A stretch of DNA of 64,000 bases. Source: Verrucomicrobiota bacterium. GTDB taxonomy: Bacteria; Verrucomicrobiota; Verrucomicrobiia; Opitutales; Cerasicoccaceae. Of this stretch, positions 50,000-59,534 are shown one piece after another (the stretch's first letter is position 1; each line of letters starts with the position of its first letter). A model generated the notes under the pieces. It saw nothing but the letters and a program-made list of their open reading frames with translations. It did not search any database and was not told where the DNA came from. Both the position numbers and the translations under genes were made by a program. The DNA lies in assembly GCA_039818205.1 (NCBI GenBank), contig JBCBUK010000014.1, positions 32,001 to 96,000 of the forward strand, read 5' to 3'.

Positions 50000-50875
50000 C
50001 TACACTTCGACTCGTTTCGAGTTCTCGATGGCTTTCCATTTGGTTCTTAAAAACTGTAAGCCTTCGGTCGCCAATTGTTCCGGACTATCGTAAAGCTGTC
50101 GCCAAATCGAGGCTGCTTTGGCAATAACATGATTCTCCTCCGAGAAACTCTCGATGATGATGTCTCCATCGTAATCGATATCCGAGAGTGCGCCCAAAAC
50201 ACCATCCCAGTCGACCTGGTCATGCCCGAGAAGACCACGATGGCTCGCACTCGCGTGGACGTGGCCAATTAAACTACCCGCCTGGCGAATCGCCTCTCCG
50301 GAGTCCATCTCCTCGATATTCATGTGAAACGTATCGAGGTGGATCTTCAGCGCATTACTTCCCACTTCGTTGATTAGTTCTGTGGCCTGCCCCAAGGTGT
50401 TGATGCAGTCGGTTTCAAAGCGATTGAGCGGCTCCAGCGCCAATATAACACCTGCATCTTCTGCTTTCGCACAAAGTGGGCGGAGTGCGTCACAGATCTG
50501 TGCCCGTTGTCGCGCCCGCTCCGATTCCGTATGCGAACCGGTGCGGCCGGTCTCCGAATAGAATGGCCCACAGATCACCTTCGAATTCAAGCTGACGGCA
50601 AGGTCGATCAACTCACAAACATAGTGAACCGTGGCCGCGCAGTCCTGCGGCGAACCCCGAAGATCACGACCTGGACCAAAGGCGCCGCAGATCACAGGCT
50701 CATCAAGCCCAGCAACTTCCAACTGATCCTTGAGCCGGATCGGATCAACCGATTCTGGATCAACAATGGCCAGCTCCACGGCCTCAGCCCCATAAGACTT
50801 GAAGGTCTCAATCAAGGGTAGATCCGCATTGGTAAAACCAGGACTGACGAGAAAGGTATTTAAGCCAAATCGCAT
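50000..50875 (-). CDS. Sugar phosphate isomerase/epimerase family TIM barrel (ketose 3-epimerase-like)
   Basis: LEPLNRFE, DTFHMNIEE, HVHAS...RG, IESF metal-binding motifs. Confidence 0.9.
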   Translation of the reverse strand: MRFGLNTFLVSPGFTNADLPLIETFKSYGAEAVELAIVDPESVDPIRLKDQLEVAGLDEPVICGAFGPGRDLRGSPQDCAATVHYVCELIDLAVSLNSKVICGPFYSETGRTGSHTESERARQRAQICDALRPLCAKAEDAGVILALEPLNRFETDCINTLGQATELINEVGSNALKIHLDTFHMNIEEMDSGEAIRQAGSLIGHVHASASHRGLLGHDQVDWDGVLGALSDIDYDGDIIIESFSEENHVIAKAASIWRQLYDSPEQLATEGLQFLRTKWKAIENSKRVEV

Positions 50876-50969
50876 AAGGTAACGGTGATAAGCTTACACG
50901 AAATAGGAGTAATATAGCTTGTAAATATTCCGCAATTTTGTGTATAGATTCGGCAACCCGCTAATTGTC

Positions 50970-51716
50970 ATGCCTCAACTGGAATCCGTCGTCGATCGCT
51001 CGGAATACGATCCAACCTCCATCTTGGCTCTATTTTCCGCCTTAAAGGACGTGTATCTATTCATAAAGGATCGAGACGGGTGCTTCATTGGGGCAAATGC
51101 CCTGCAGCTCGAAAAACTCGGGCTGAAGTCGGAAAACGAACTCATTGGCAAAACGGATTTCGATTTTTTTCCGAGCTACATGATCGCCCACTACGCGCAA
51201 GACGACGCGAAGGTGATGCGCGATGGCGAACCGATCCTGCAACGGGTGGAGCTCGTGGCCAACCCCGATGGCTCAGTGTCCTGGCACGTCACGAGCAAAT
51301 TCCCCCTACGTGATCGGTCGGGTGATTGCATTGGCATCATTGGCTGCATGCGCGATTTCGTCCGAAGCGACAGCGCTTGGCAACCCTACCGCAGCATGAA
51401 CGATGTCGTGGGCTACATCAACGAACACTATGCGGACTCCATTGAGATCGCGGACCTGGCTAAGATTGCTGGCTTGTCCGTCAGTCAATTTGAACGCCGC
51501 TTCAAAAGCGTTTTCCAGAAAACCCCGACAAGGTTCCTGATCCAATATCGCCTAACCTGTGCTAGCCGTTTGCTGATCAACACCAACGATACCCTCAGCA
51601 GTATCGCCCACGAAGTTGGTTTCTATGACCACAGTCACTTTTCTCGCGAGTTCCAGAAACTGTTCGGAACTCCTCCGGGCGTCTATCGCCGGGAGCACAG
51701 CGCCAGCGCCTCATGA
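50970..51716 (+). CDS. AraC family regulator with N-terminal PAS domain
   Basis: FIKDRDG...GKTDFDFF PAS; IAHEVGFYDHSHFSREF; paralog of 34511-35284. Confidence 0.92.
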   Translation: MPQLESVVDRSEYDPTSILALFSALKDVYLFIKDRDGCFIGANALQLEKLGLKSENELIGKTDFDFFPSYMIAHYAQDDAKVMRDGEPILQRVELVANPDGSVSWHVTSKFPLRDRSGDCIGIIGCMRDFVRSDSAWQPYRSMNDVVGYINEHYADSIEIADLAKIAGLSVSQFERRFKSVFQKTPTRFLIQYRLTCASRLLINTNDTLSSIAHEVGFYDHSHFSREFQKLFGTPPGVYRREHSASAS

Positions 51717-53239
51717 AGCAGAGTCTGACCTACATTTCTCTGTGGTTTGGCGTTCTGTTTGTTGGTCTATTCCTAAGGTCCGATGATCTGCTCGATCGGC
51801 CCATCCACTTCGATGAAGCAACCGGCGCACGCCTCTTGGGCAAACACCTTGAAGGCAATGGGTTCGATTTCAACCCGCAGCATTTTCACGGGCCCATACT
51901 AGCATACGTCACCGCGCCAATCGCCAAGGCGCGCGGGGAAAACTCCTGGGCAGAGCTTTCATTAACCACGCTGCGTGTTAGCCCCATCATCGCGGGCATG
52001 CTCCTCATCATCACGCCGCTGCTTTGGATTCGGGAGATTGGCCACCGCGCCACACTCGCCTCCAGCCTGTTTATCGCAACCTCGCCGTTGATCGTCTACT
52101 ACAACCGTATGTTCATCCACGAAAGTTGGCTGGCCTTGTTTGGAATGATCTCCGCAGCATTGCTTTTTCAACTGCTGTGCAAACCAACATTGCGCATCGG
52201 CGCTCTTACGGGTTTGGCGATGGCGCTCATGTTTGCCACCAAGGAGTCCTTTGCAATCTCGGTGCTTAGCTGGGGCGGAGGTATCGTGATCTACCTGGGC
52301 TACCGATTTTTTACCCGGGATAGCAATCCGATCAAGGATTGGAAACTCTACTTTAAACCTGGAATCGCCCTCGTGGTGGTCGGTTTCCTCGTCTCCGCGT
52401 TTTTCTACACCGATGGATTCCGCAACCCCAAGGGTATCGTCGATGCCGTGATGACCTACTTTGTCTACGAGACAACCGCAGGCCACGACAAAGCGTTTAC
52501 CTATTATCTGGAATTGTTGCTCTGGCCCAAACATCTGCTCGGTCAGTGGTGGAGTGAGGGCTTGATTGCGATACTCGCATTGGTCGGGATCGTTCTTGCA
52601 GTCGTCCGCAAACACCAATCACGGGGACCCATTCTTTTCGTCTCCGCGATCGTCGTCGGGCATTTCCTCATCTACAGTCTGATCGGTTACAAAACTCCCT
52701 GGCTGATGGTACTGCCATGGTGCTACGCCTGCCTCCTGGCCGGTATGGTATTTCATGCGGCCAGCGGGTTGCGTCCGATTTCTGAATGGGGCCTGTATTT
52801 GGTAACTGCACTCGCACTCGTTTTCCAGATCGCCCAAAGCCGCACAAGTAGCGGACGCTTTGCTAACGATTTCCGCAATCCCTATACCTACGTTCCTACC
52901 AGTAAGAACGCGCAGCAAATTGGCTCTTGGTTGAGCACGGTCGATTCGACAATTCAACCGCTCGGAACGATTGCCATCATCGGTCAGGAGTATTGGCCGC
53001 TGCCATGGTATTTGCGGCAGTTTGAATCCGTTGGTTACTGGGCAGAGCTCCCCGCTGAAGCTGAGAATTTTTCAGTCTTGATCGCGACACCCTCAAAGTC
53101 GGCCGAAGCCGACGCCATGCTTGAGGCAACACACACCGCCTTGCCCCATGGCTTGAGGACAAACGTTGCCGTAACCATCTATCTAAAGAACGATCTCTGG
53201 GACCAATGGATCCATCGACCCGAAACAGTGGACCGATAA
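51713..53239 (+). CDS. GT-C fold integral membrane protein (PMT/GT39-like, TIGR03663/Agl23-like)
   Basis: RPIHFDEA first-loop acidic motif, HGP, YNRMFIHE, ATKE, YKTPW, WPLPWYLR; ~11-13 TM. Confidence 0.8.
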   Translation: MKQSLTYISLWFGVLFVGLFLRSDDLLDRPIHFDEATGARLLGKHLEGNGFDFNPQHFHGPILAYVTAPIAKARGENSWAELSLTTLRVSPIIAGMLLIITPLLWIREIGHRATLASSLFIATSPLIVYYNRMFIHESWLALFGMISAALLFQLLCKPTLRIGALTGLAMALMFATKESFAISVLSWGGGIVIYLGYRFFTRDSNPIKDWKLYFKPGIALVVVGFLVSAFFYTDGFRNPKGIVDAVMTYFVYETTAGHDKAFTYYLELLLWPKHLLGQWWSEGLIAILALVGIVLAVVRKHQSRGPILFVSAIVVGHFLIYSLIGYKTPWLMVLPWCYACLLAGMVFHAASGLRPISEWGLYLVTALALVFQIAQSRTSSGRFANDFRNPYTYVPTSKNAQQIGSWLSTVDSTIQPLGTIAIIGQEYWPLPWYLRQFESVGYWAELPAEAENFSVLIATPSKSAEADAMLEATHTALPHGLRTNVAVTIYLKNDLWDQWIHRPETVDR

Positions 53240-54051
53240 ACCATCGCTTCGATCATGAGGCGATGAAAACGACTTTTTCTTTGCGGATAGGTTGCGAGGA
53301 TCGCTCGTTGGCTTTAGCCGCAGCGAGCGAGTGCATCGATCAGATTGATCAGATAGAAAACAAACTAAGCCGCTATTTGCCTGGGAGCGATATCTGGCAG
53401 ATCAACCACCTCAACGCAGGTGAGTCGCTCTTTGTTAGCGAACTTACCTACGAGTGTTTGCGACTCGCTCTTGAGGTCTATCAGGAAACCCAGGGCCTGT
53501 TCGACATCACCCTGGGCCAGCAGATAGAACACCGAAAAAATGAACAAGGCGGACCCCTTCCGGCATTAAGCGGTCAACTCATGATCGACCCCGATCGACC
53601 TCGAGTTCACTGCGTCGAGGCGGGGCGACAGATCGACCTCGGTGGCATTGGAAAAGGCTTCGCTCTGGACCACTTGATGAAAATTTTGCGCGACGGCGGT
53701 ATCAGCTCGGCCCTGCTGGCAGCTGGCGCAAGCACCCAATTGGCCCACGGAGCCACACCATGGCCGATTCAGCTAACCGGCCAGACGGGAACGACAACGA
53801 TCGACCTGGTCAACCAATCACTTAGTGCGTCCGGCACGGCCATTCAAGGGAGCCATATTATTTCCCCTTACGACCAAGAGAGTGCCTACCCAAGAGAGAA
53901 CATCTGGCTGGTCCACGACAGCGCAGCCAAGGCTGATGCCTACACGACTGCCGCCTTGCTCATGCCGGACGATATGCTTGCTGAGTTCGCGGAATCAGTT
54001 GCTGCCATTTACTTGGAAACCACCGACGGAATCACAACCCTAAGAAGCTAG
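53206..54051 (+). CDS. apbE: FAD:protein FMN transferase (ApbE family), no signal peptide
   Basis: AMKT, LSRY..GSDI..IN, TQGLFDIT, DLGGIGKG, HIISP, ADAYTTA. Confidence 0.88.
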   Translation: MDPSTRNSGPINHRFDHEAMKTTFSLRIGCEDRSLALAAASECIDQIDQIENKLSRYLPGSDIWQINHLNAGESLFVSELTYECLRLALEVYQETQGLFDITLGQQIEHRKNEQGGPLPALSGQLMIDPDRPRVHCVEAGRQIDLGGIGKGFALDHLMKILRDGGISSALLAAGASTQLAHGATPWPIQLTGQTGTTTIDLVNQSLSASGTAIQGSHIISPYDQESAYPRENIWLVHDSAAKADAYTTAALLMPDDMLAEFAESVAAIYLETTDGITTLRS

Positions 54052-54191
54052 GCTAATCGCTTCGGCTCTCTTTGGATATACTTCGCCGTAAAAGGCTTGA
54101 AGGCATTGGCTTTATACGTGTAACTCTGGAATTTTGTGTAAATTCAATTTTGCGCCCGGGGAGAATCTCCTGTTGCCTCCCCTGTTCAACC

Positions 54192-55202
54192 ATGAAACTC
54201 GAAATTCCTAAGATCGTTTTTGGATCCAGCTCGCTGGGTAACCTTTACGAAGTCGTACCCTACGAGCGAAAGCTGGCGACTATTGAAAACTGCATCCGCC
54301 ACCAATCGCCTTTGACGGTGATTGACTCGGCCGGGAAATACGGTGCTGGCCTCTCGTTGGAATGCATCGGCCGGACCTTGTCCGATCTAAACGTTGCCCC
54401 GGATCGAGTGTTGATCAGCAATAAGTTAGGGTGGAAGCGTGTGCCCTTAACTGGCCCTGAGCCGACCTTTGAAAAAGGTGCCTGGTTTGGGCTCGAGAAC
54501 GACGCAGTCCAATGCATGGGCTATGATGGAATTTTGGAGTGCTACGAGCAAGGCAATGAGCTGCTCGGAGACTACACCGCTAAGCTGCTCTCCGTGCACG
54601 ATCCCGATGAATACCTTGCTGCGGCTCCCAATGCGGAGGAAGCCGAGTCTCGCTATCAGGAAGTCCTGGAAAGCTACCGCGCCCTTGCGGAACTCAAGGC
54701 TGCTGGCAAAGCCTATGGCATTGGAGTTGGCTCCAAGGATTGGACCATTATCAAGCGCCTGTTTGACGACCAAGTGCCGCTGGACTGGGTCATGTTTGCC
54801 AACACGTTCACCCTCTACTCACATCCAGCTGACGTCATCGAGTTCATATTGCAACTCCATGAGGCTGGCGTCTCGATCATCAATTCGGCCATTTTCAACG
54901 GTGGATTTTTGATCGGTTCGGAGTGGTATAACTATAAACCGGTCACCCGGGAATCGCACGCGGAGCTTTTCGCCTGGCGGGATAGCTTCAATGCCTTGTG
55001 CGATGAGCACAACGTGAAGCCTGCTTTGGCTTGCGCCGAATTTGGCCTGTCTGTGCCTGGCATTGCGGCGCTTGCTCTTAACACCACAAAGCCCGAGCGC
55101 GTGGAAAAGAACGTCGCCCTCGTCAATGAAAAGGCACCTGCCGCCTTCTGGGCTGCGATGAAAGATAAACAACTGCTTGAAGCCGACTACCCTTACCTCT
55201 AA
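54192..55202 (+). CDS. Aldo/keto reductase (L-galactose / D-threo-aldose 1-dehydrogenase-like)
   Basis: [44 protein letters not shown]. Confidence 0.85.
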   Translation: MKLEIPKIVFGSSSLGNLYEVVPYERKLATIENCIRHQSPLTVIDSAGKYGAGLSLECIGRTLSDLNVAPDRVLISNKLGWKRVPLTGPEPTFEKGAWFGLENDAVQCMGYDGILECYEQGNELLGDYTAKLLSVHDPDEYLAAAPNAEEAESRYQEVLESYRALAELKAAGKAYGIGVGSKDWTIIKRLFDDQVPLDWVMFANTFTLYSHPADVIEFILQLHEAGVSIINSAIFNGGFLIGSEWYNYKPVTRESHAELFAWRDSFNALCDEHNVKPALACAEFGLSVPGIAALALNTTKPERVEKNVALVNEKAPAAFWAAMKDKQLLEADYPYL

Positions 55203-55231
55203 AAATTCTCCTCTCATTTTACCAAAAGCCC

Positions 55232-56251
55232 ATGAAAGCAATCTCCATAACCGAGCCCAACCAAGCGACTCTTATTGACATTCCGGAGCCGAGCGCCCCA
55301 GCAGCTGGCGAAGTGCAACTGCGCATCCACCAAGTGGGTTATTGCGGGTCGGACTTAACGTCTTTCCGCGGATTAAATCCGCTGGTGAGCTACCCTCGAA
55401 TTCCGGGCCACGAGATTGGTGCCTCCATCGTCCAAGTTGGCGACGGTGTCCCCGAAAAATGGTCGGTAGGCCAAAACGTTTTGGTATCCCCGTACACGAG
55501 CTGCGGAAAATGCGCCGCTTGTAAAGCAGGCCGCTACAATACCTGCCGCTACAATCAAACGATGGGCGTGCAGCGCGATGGCGCGATGACCGAGCTGGCT
55601 AACGTCCCACACGAAAAACTCTTTTCCTCGGAAAAACTCAGCGTCGCCGAAATGGCCTTGGTTGAGCCACTAACCGTTGGCTTCCACGCAGTTGCTCGCG
55701 GTGAGGTGACCTCCGACGATGTCGTTGTTGTCTTTGGCTGCGGCGCGATTGGCCTTGGCGTTATCGCGGGAGCCTCAGCGCGCAAAGCCCGGGTCATTGC
55801 CGTTGATATCGACGACAAGAAACTTGAGCTCGCGAAACGCTGCGGTGCAACCGACACCATCAACTCCATGAACGACAACCTGCATGATCGCTTGCAGGAA
55901 ATGACCGATGGTGAGGGCCCGAATGTCATGATCGAAGCCGTCGGCCTCCCCGCGACCTTCCGCGCCTGCGTCGAAGAAGTCTGCTTCGCCGGACGTGTCG
56001 TTTACATCGGCTACGCCAAAGCAGCTGTTGACTACGAAACTAAGTTTTTCGTGATGAAGGAACTCGACATTCGCGGTTCCCGTAATGCGATGCCCGAAGA
56101 CTTTGAAGCCGTGATAGCCCACCTTGAAAGTGGCGCTTTCCCAACGGACGAAGTAATTACTAAGACCGTGCCACTAGCAGAGGCACCCGCAGCCCTCACC
56201 GCCTGGAGCGAGAATCCCGGCGAGATCACGAAGATTCACGTAAAGTTTTAA
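55232..56251 (+). CDS. Zn-dependent MDR dehydrogenase (L-galactonate 5-dehydrogenase, LgoD/YjjN-like)
   Basis: CGSD...[11 protein letters not shown]...C structural Zn site, [22 protein letters not shown]. Confidence 0.85.
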   Translation: MKAISITEPNQATLIDIPEPSAPAAGEVQLRIHQVGYCGSDLTSFRGLNPLVSYPRIPGHEIGASIVQVGDGVPEKWSVGQNVLVSPYTSCGKCAACKAGRYNTCRYNQTMGVQRDGAMTELANVPHEKLFSSEKLSVAEMALVEPLTVGFHAVARGEVTSDDVVVVFGCGAIGLGVIAGASARKARVIAVDIDDKKLELAKRCGATDTINSMNDNLHDRLQEMTDGEGPNVMIEAVGLPATFRACVEEVCFAGRVVYIGYAKAAVDYETKFFVMKELDIRGSRNAMPEDFEAVIAHLESGAFPTDEVITKTVPLAEAPAALTAWSENPGEITKIHVKF

Positions 56252-56279
56252 TCCTTCCCCCCGCAAGAAACCCAAGACC

Positions 56280-57524
56280 ATGCAGATCAAAAAATATACG
56301 ATGGGTATGGGCGACCGATTCGCCCACCAAGGTAAAGCACAACTTCAAGCAGTGCTCAACGCACAAGCCGCAGGCCTCGACGTCTACCCGACTTGGAACA
56401 AGTCCTTCCGCGAGCACAGTATCGTTAAGAGCCAACCCGACGATCTTCGCACTGAAGCCGATGCCGCCGTCGCAGCGTTGGGATGGGACAAAGACTACTA
56501 CGTCGATGCCGACCATATCGGCCTTAAAACCGTCGATGGTTTTATCGCTGGCAGTAACTTCTACACGCTAGACGTCGCTGACTTCGTCGGTGAAACGCCA
56601 GAAGCAGCTGATGTTGACGCCTTTGTTTCCGCGAACCAGAAATACGTTGGCTCGCTGCAAATCCCGGGTATCGATAGCCCGTTCGAGGTTTCAGAAGACA
56701 CCCTACGCGAAGTTGCTGGCAAGTTCCTGGTCGCAATCAAGGGCGCGAAGGCAATCTACAATCACATCTTGGCCGCCAAGGGTGAAGGCAACTTCGTAAC
56801 TGAAGTTTCCGTCGACGAAACCGACCTGCCGCAAACCCCGATCGATCTCTTCCTGATTCTTTCGATGATCGCGGCCGAAGGCATCCCGGCTCAAACGATT
56901 GCGCCAAAGTTTACCGGCCGGTTTAACAAGGGTGTCGATTACGTGGGTGACCTCGTTCAGTTTGAGAAAGAATTCGATGAAGACCTTTATGTAATCGCTT
57001 TCGCGGTCAAGGAATTTGGCTTGCCCGAAACCCTCAAGCTCAGTGTACACTCCGGCTCAGACAAGTTCTCAATTTATCCGATCATAAAGAAGCTCGTGGC
57101 CAAACACAGTGCTGGCCTCCACGTGAAGACCGCAGGCACGACCTGGCTGGAAGAAGTCATTGGACTCGCCGAAGCTGGTGGCGCGGCACTCGAAATCGCC
57201 AAAGAGGTTTACGCCGGCGCCTACGCTCGCTTTGACGAATTGACCGGACCCTACGCAACCGTGATCGACATCGACAAGGCGGCGCTACCAACACCCGAAG
57301 AGGTTAACGGCTGGGACTCCGATAAATACGTCAACACCCTCCGCCACGTTCAGAGCCACCCGGACTACAACCAGAATTTCCGCCAGCTCATTCACGTTGG
57401 CTTCAAGGTGGCCGCCGAGATGAAGGAACGCTACACCGACGCCCTCAAAACCAACGAAGCCATCATCGCCAAGAACGTGACCGAAAATCTCTGGGATCGT
57501 CACATTCAGCCGATCTTTGCTTAG
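56280..57524 (+). CDS. uxaE: D-tagaturonate/D-fructuronate epimerase
   Basis: GMGDRF, DADHI, EVSVDET, APKFTGRFNKGVDY, KLSVHSGSDKFSIY, HVKTAGTTWLE. Confidence 0.9.
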   Translation: MQIKKYTMGMGDRFAHQGKAQLQAVLNAQAAGLDVYPTWNKSFREHSIVKSQPDDLRTEADAAVAALGWDKDYYVDADHIGLKTVDGFIAGSNFYTLDVADFVGETPEAADVDAFVSANQKYVGSLQIPGIDSPFEVSEDTLREVAGKFLVAIKGAKAIYNHILAAKGEGNFVTEVSVDETDLPQTPIDLFLILSMIAAEGIPAQTIAPKFTGRFNKGVDYVGDLVQFEKEFDEDLYVIAFAVKEFGLPETLKLSVHSGSDKFSIYPIIKKLVAKHSAGLHVKTAGTTWLEEVIGLAEAGGAALEIAKEVYAGAYARFDELTGPYATVIDIDKAALPTPEEVNGWDSDKYVNTLRHVQSHPDYNQNFRQLIHVGFKVAAEMKERYTDALKTNEAIIAKNVTENLWDRHIQPIFA

Positions 57525-57549
57525 AACAAGCAGGCATACAGATCCTTTT

Positions 57550-57587
57550 GATGGGCAGCACGCAGTTGGCGTGCTGCCTATCTTTTT
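57550..57587 (+). terminator. Rho-independent terminator after uxaE
   Basis: GATGGGCAGCACGC-AGTTG-GCGTGCTGCCTATC followed by TTTTT. Confidence 0.8.
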
Positions 57588-57653
57588 ATACCTGCCAGCG
57601 GTTGATCTGCAGGGTTGCAATACACGTGAAACATCGTCACAAATGGCGACACT

Positions 57654-59534
57654 TTGCACGCCCTCGACTGGATTATCTTCGTTGCTTTTATCGGCGGGTC
57701 CATGGCTATCGGTCTCATGTTTACGAGACGAGCCAGCGCCAGCGTCGATTCCTTTTTCGTATCCGGACGCACCCTTACGTGGTACGTCTGCGGCATGGCC
57801 TGGGTGGCCAGTGGCTTCGCCTCGGACACCCCGCTGTGGGTCAGCGCCCTGGTTCGTAGCCAAGGGCTCCACTACGCCTGGAAGTATTGGGCCGCGCTCT
57901 TCGGCTGGACACTTGCTGCGGTGCTCTTCGCCCGGATGTGGCGACGCCTTAGCGTAGTAACTGATGTCGAACTCCTTGAGAATCGCTACGACACGAAGCT
58001 CGGTAGCTTCTTACGCTTGTGGGAAGGTGGCTTTAAGGCGCTCATCTATTGCCCCTTGATTATCGCCTGGGTCGTGAAGGCGATGGAAGTCATCACCCGG
58101 GAAACCATGGGGCTGCCACAGGAATACCAAGTTGTTACAACCGTTATCGTGGTTGGGCTTGGATTGCTCATGTGCACGATGGCTGGTCTATGGGGCGTAG
58201 TCGCAACGGGCGTTCTTCAGTTCGTTATCGCAACGCTCGGCACCATCATGCTCGCGGTGCTTGCCGTGCATCACGTTGGTGGCCTCGATGCGTTGGTTAC
58301 CCACTTGAAGTCGATGGATGGCTGGGCAGGCAAAGACTTGAATTTCATTCCCAAGTTTGGGGACGGCGTCGATATCGGAACCATGCCCTTCTGGAACATC
58401 ATCGGTTTGTTCGGCGTATTGTGGTGGGGTGGTGCCTATTGTGGTGACTACGCAGCCCAACGTGTTCTGGCGTGCAAGGACAGCCGGCACGCCAGCATGG
58501 GCGTGCTCTTCTTCGCCCTACTCTATTTTCCAATCATGGCTTGGCCCTGGTTGATGGTCGGTCTTTGTTCGCTGGTTTCTTTCCCACTTGAGATGGGCGC
58601 CGACGGTAAGTTGTTCGACCCTCTGGGCGATAGCGCATACCCGCGCATGATGGTTGAGGTGCTCCCGATTGGTCTCAAAGGCTTCATGGTGGCGGCGCTC
58701 GTTGCGGCGTTCATATCAACGATTACAACCCTCTTCAATTGGGGCTCCTCCTACACGGTTAACGACATTTACCGACGCTTCCTGGTCAAGAGCGCACCCG
58801 ACAAGCACTACGTGATGGTCTCGCGAATCACAACCGTGGGCATCGCGATCCTCGGTGGATTCATTTCGTTTCAAGCCACCAGTATCGAGCAGCTATTGAA
58901 AATTAGTTGGGTGATCATGCCAGCGGCAACGGTGGTTGGGCTGATGCGTTGGTTGTGGTGGCGACAAACCGCGGCCGGTGATCTGGCAGGAACCATTACC
59001 GCCTGGCTGCTCGGATCTACCATGGCGGTGTTAAGCTTCGATGCGATCGGCTGGACGGCAGGACCAAGGGAGGCCATCGATTCATTCGCCGCCAACGTGT
59101 TCAACGCAATTGGTCTTTCGACGAATGCGAGTTTCATTTTGAGTGATGAGCTGCTTGGCGCACGTATGCTGTTTCTGGCGTCGATGGTCGGGGGAATGTC
59201 GGTCGTTGTGTCGCTGCTCGGCAAGCCCACTAACCTCGAGCACCTCAAACGTTTTGTCCTGAAGGCACGCCCACCGAAATTTCTTTGGCGCCCAGTCTTG
59301 GAGCGCGCCGAGATCGACTACGAATCAAGTGACACACTTGGCCGTGTATTTGTCTCCTGGGTGATCGCAACGACCTCAGTGGTCAGCCTAGTGTTCGCCA
59401 TTGGCAAACTCATGCTCGGAGAGCCTTGGATTGGCGTGATGAACCTCGTGATCTTCGCTGGTTCGACCTATTGGATTGTCAAACGCTTCCGAGCGGACTT
59501 TGCCCGCGAGAGCGCGATCGAGCAAAGCAGCTAG
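57654..59534 (+). CDS. Sodium:solute symporter (SSS) family protein
   Basis: FFVSGRTLTW, FASDTP, AQRVLACK, AAFISTI..LFNWGSSY.VNDIY; ~14 TM; TTG start uncertain. Confidence 0.9.
   Translation: MHALDWIIFVAFIGGSMAIGLMFTRRASASVDSFFVSGRTLTWYVCGMAWVASGFASDTPLWVSALVRSQGLHYAWKYWAALFGWTLAAVLFARMWRRLSVVTDVELLENRYDTKLGSFLRLWEGGFKALIYCPLIIAWVVKAMEVITRETMGLPQEYQVVTTVIVVGLGLLMCTMAGLWGVVATGVLQFVIATLGTIMLAVLAVHHVGGLDALVTHLKSMDGWAGKDLNFIPKFGDGVDIGTMPFWNIIGLFGVLWWGGAYCGDYAAQRVLACKDSRHASMGVLFFALLYFPIMAWPWLMVGLCSLVSFPLEMGADGKLFDPLGDSAYPRMMVEVLPIGLKGFMVAALVAAFISTITTLFNWGSSYTVNDIYRRFLVKSAPDKHYVMVSRITTVGIAILGGFISFQATSIEQLLKISWVIMPAATVVGLMRWLWWRQTAAGDLAGTITAWLLGSTMAVLSFDAIGWTAGPREAIDSFAANVFNAIGLSTNASFILSDELLGARMLFLASMVGGMSVVVSLLGKPTNLEHLKRFVLKARPPKFLWRPVLERAEIDYESSDTLGRVFVSWVIATTSVVSLVFAIGKLMLGEPWIGVMNLVIFAGSTYWIVKRFRADFARESAIEQSS

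Noticed and set aside
50918..54145. Shared AATTTTGTGTA and TGCGGAA-like strings in the 50.9-kb and 54.1-kb intergenic regions
   Set aside because: Short and AT-rich; cannot be distinguished from chance without a motif scan
57517..57957. Overlapping ORFs and an out-of-frame ATG (57643) suggesting a frameshifted SSS start
   Set aside because: A TTG start at 57654 yields a complete typical SSS N-terminus (HALDWII), so no frameshift is required
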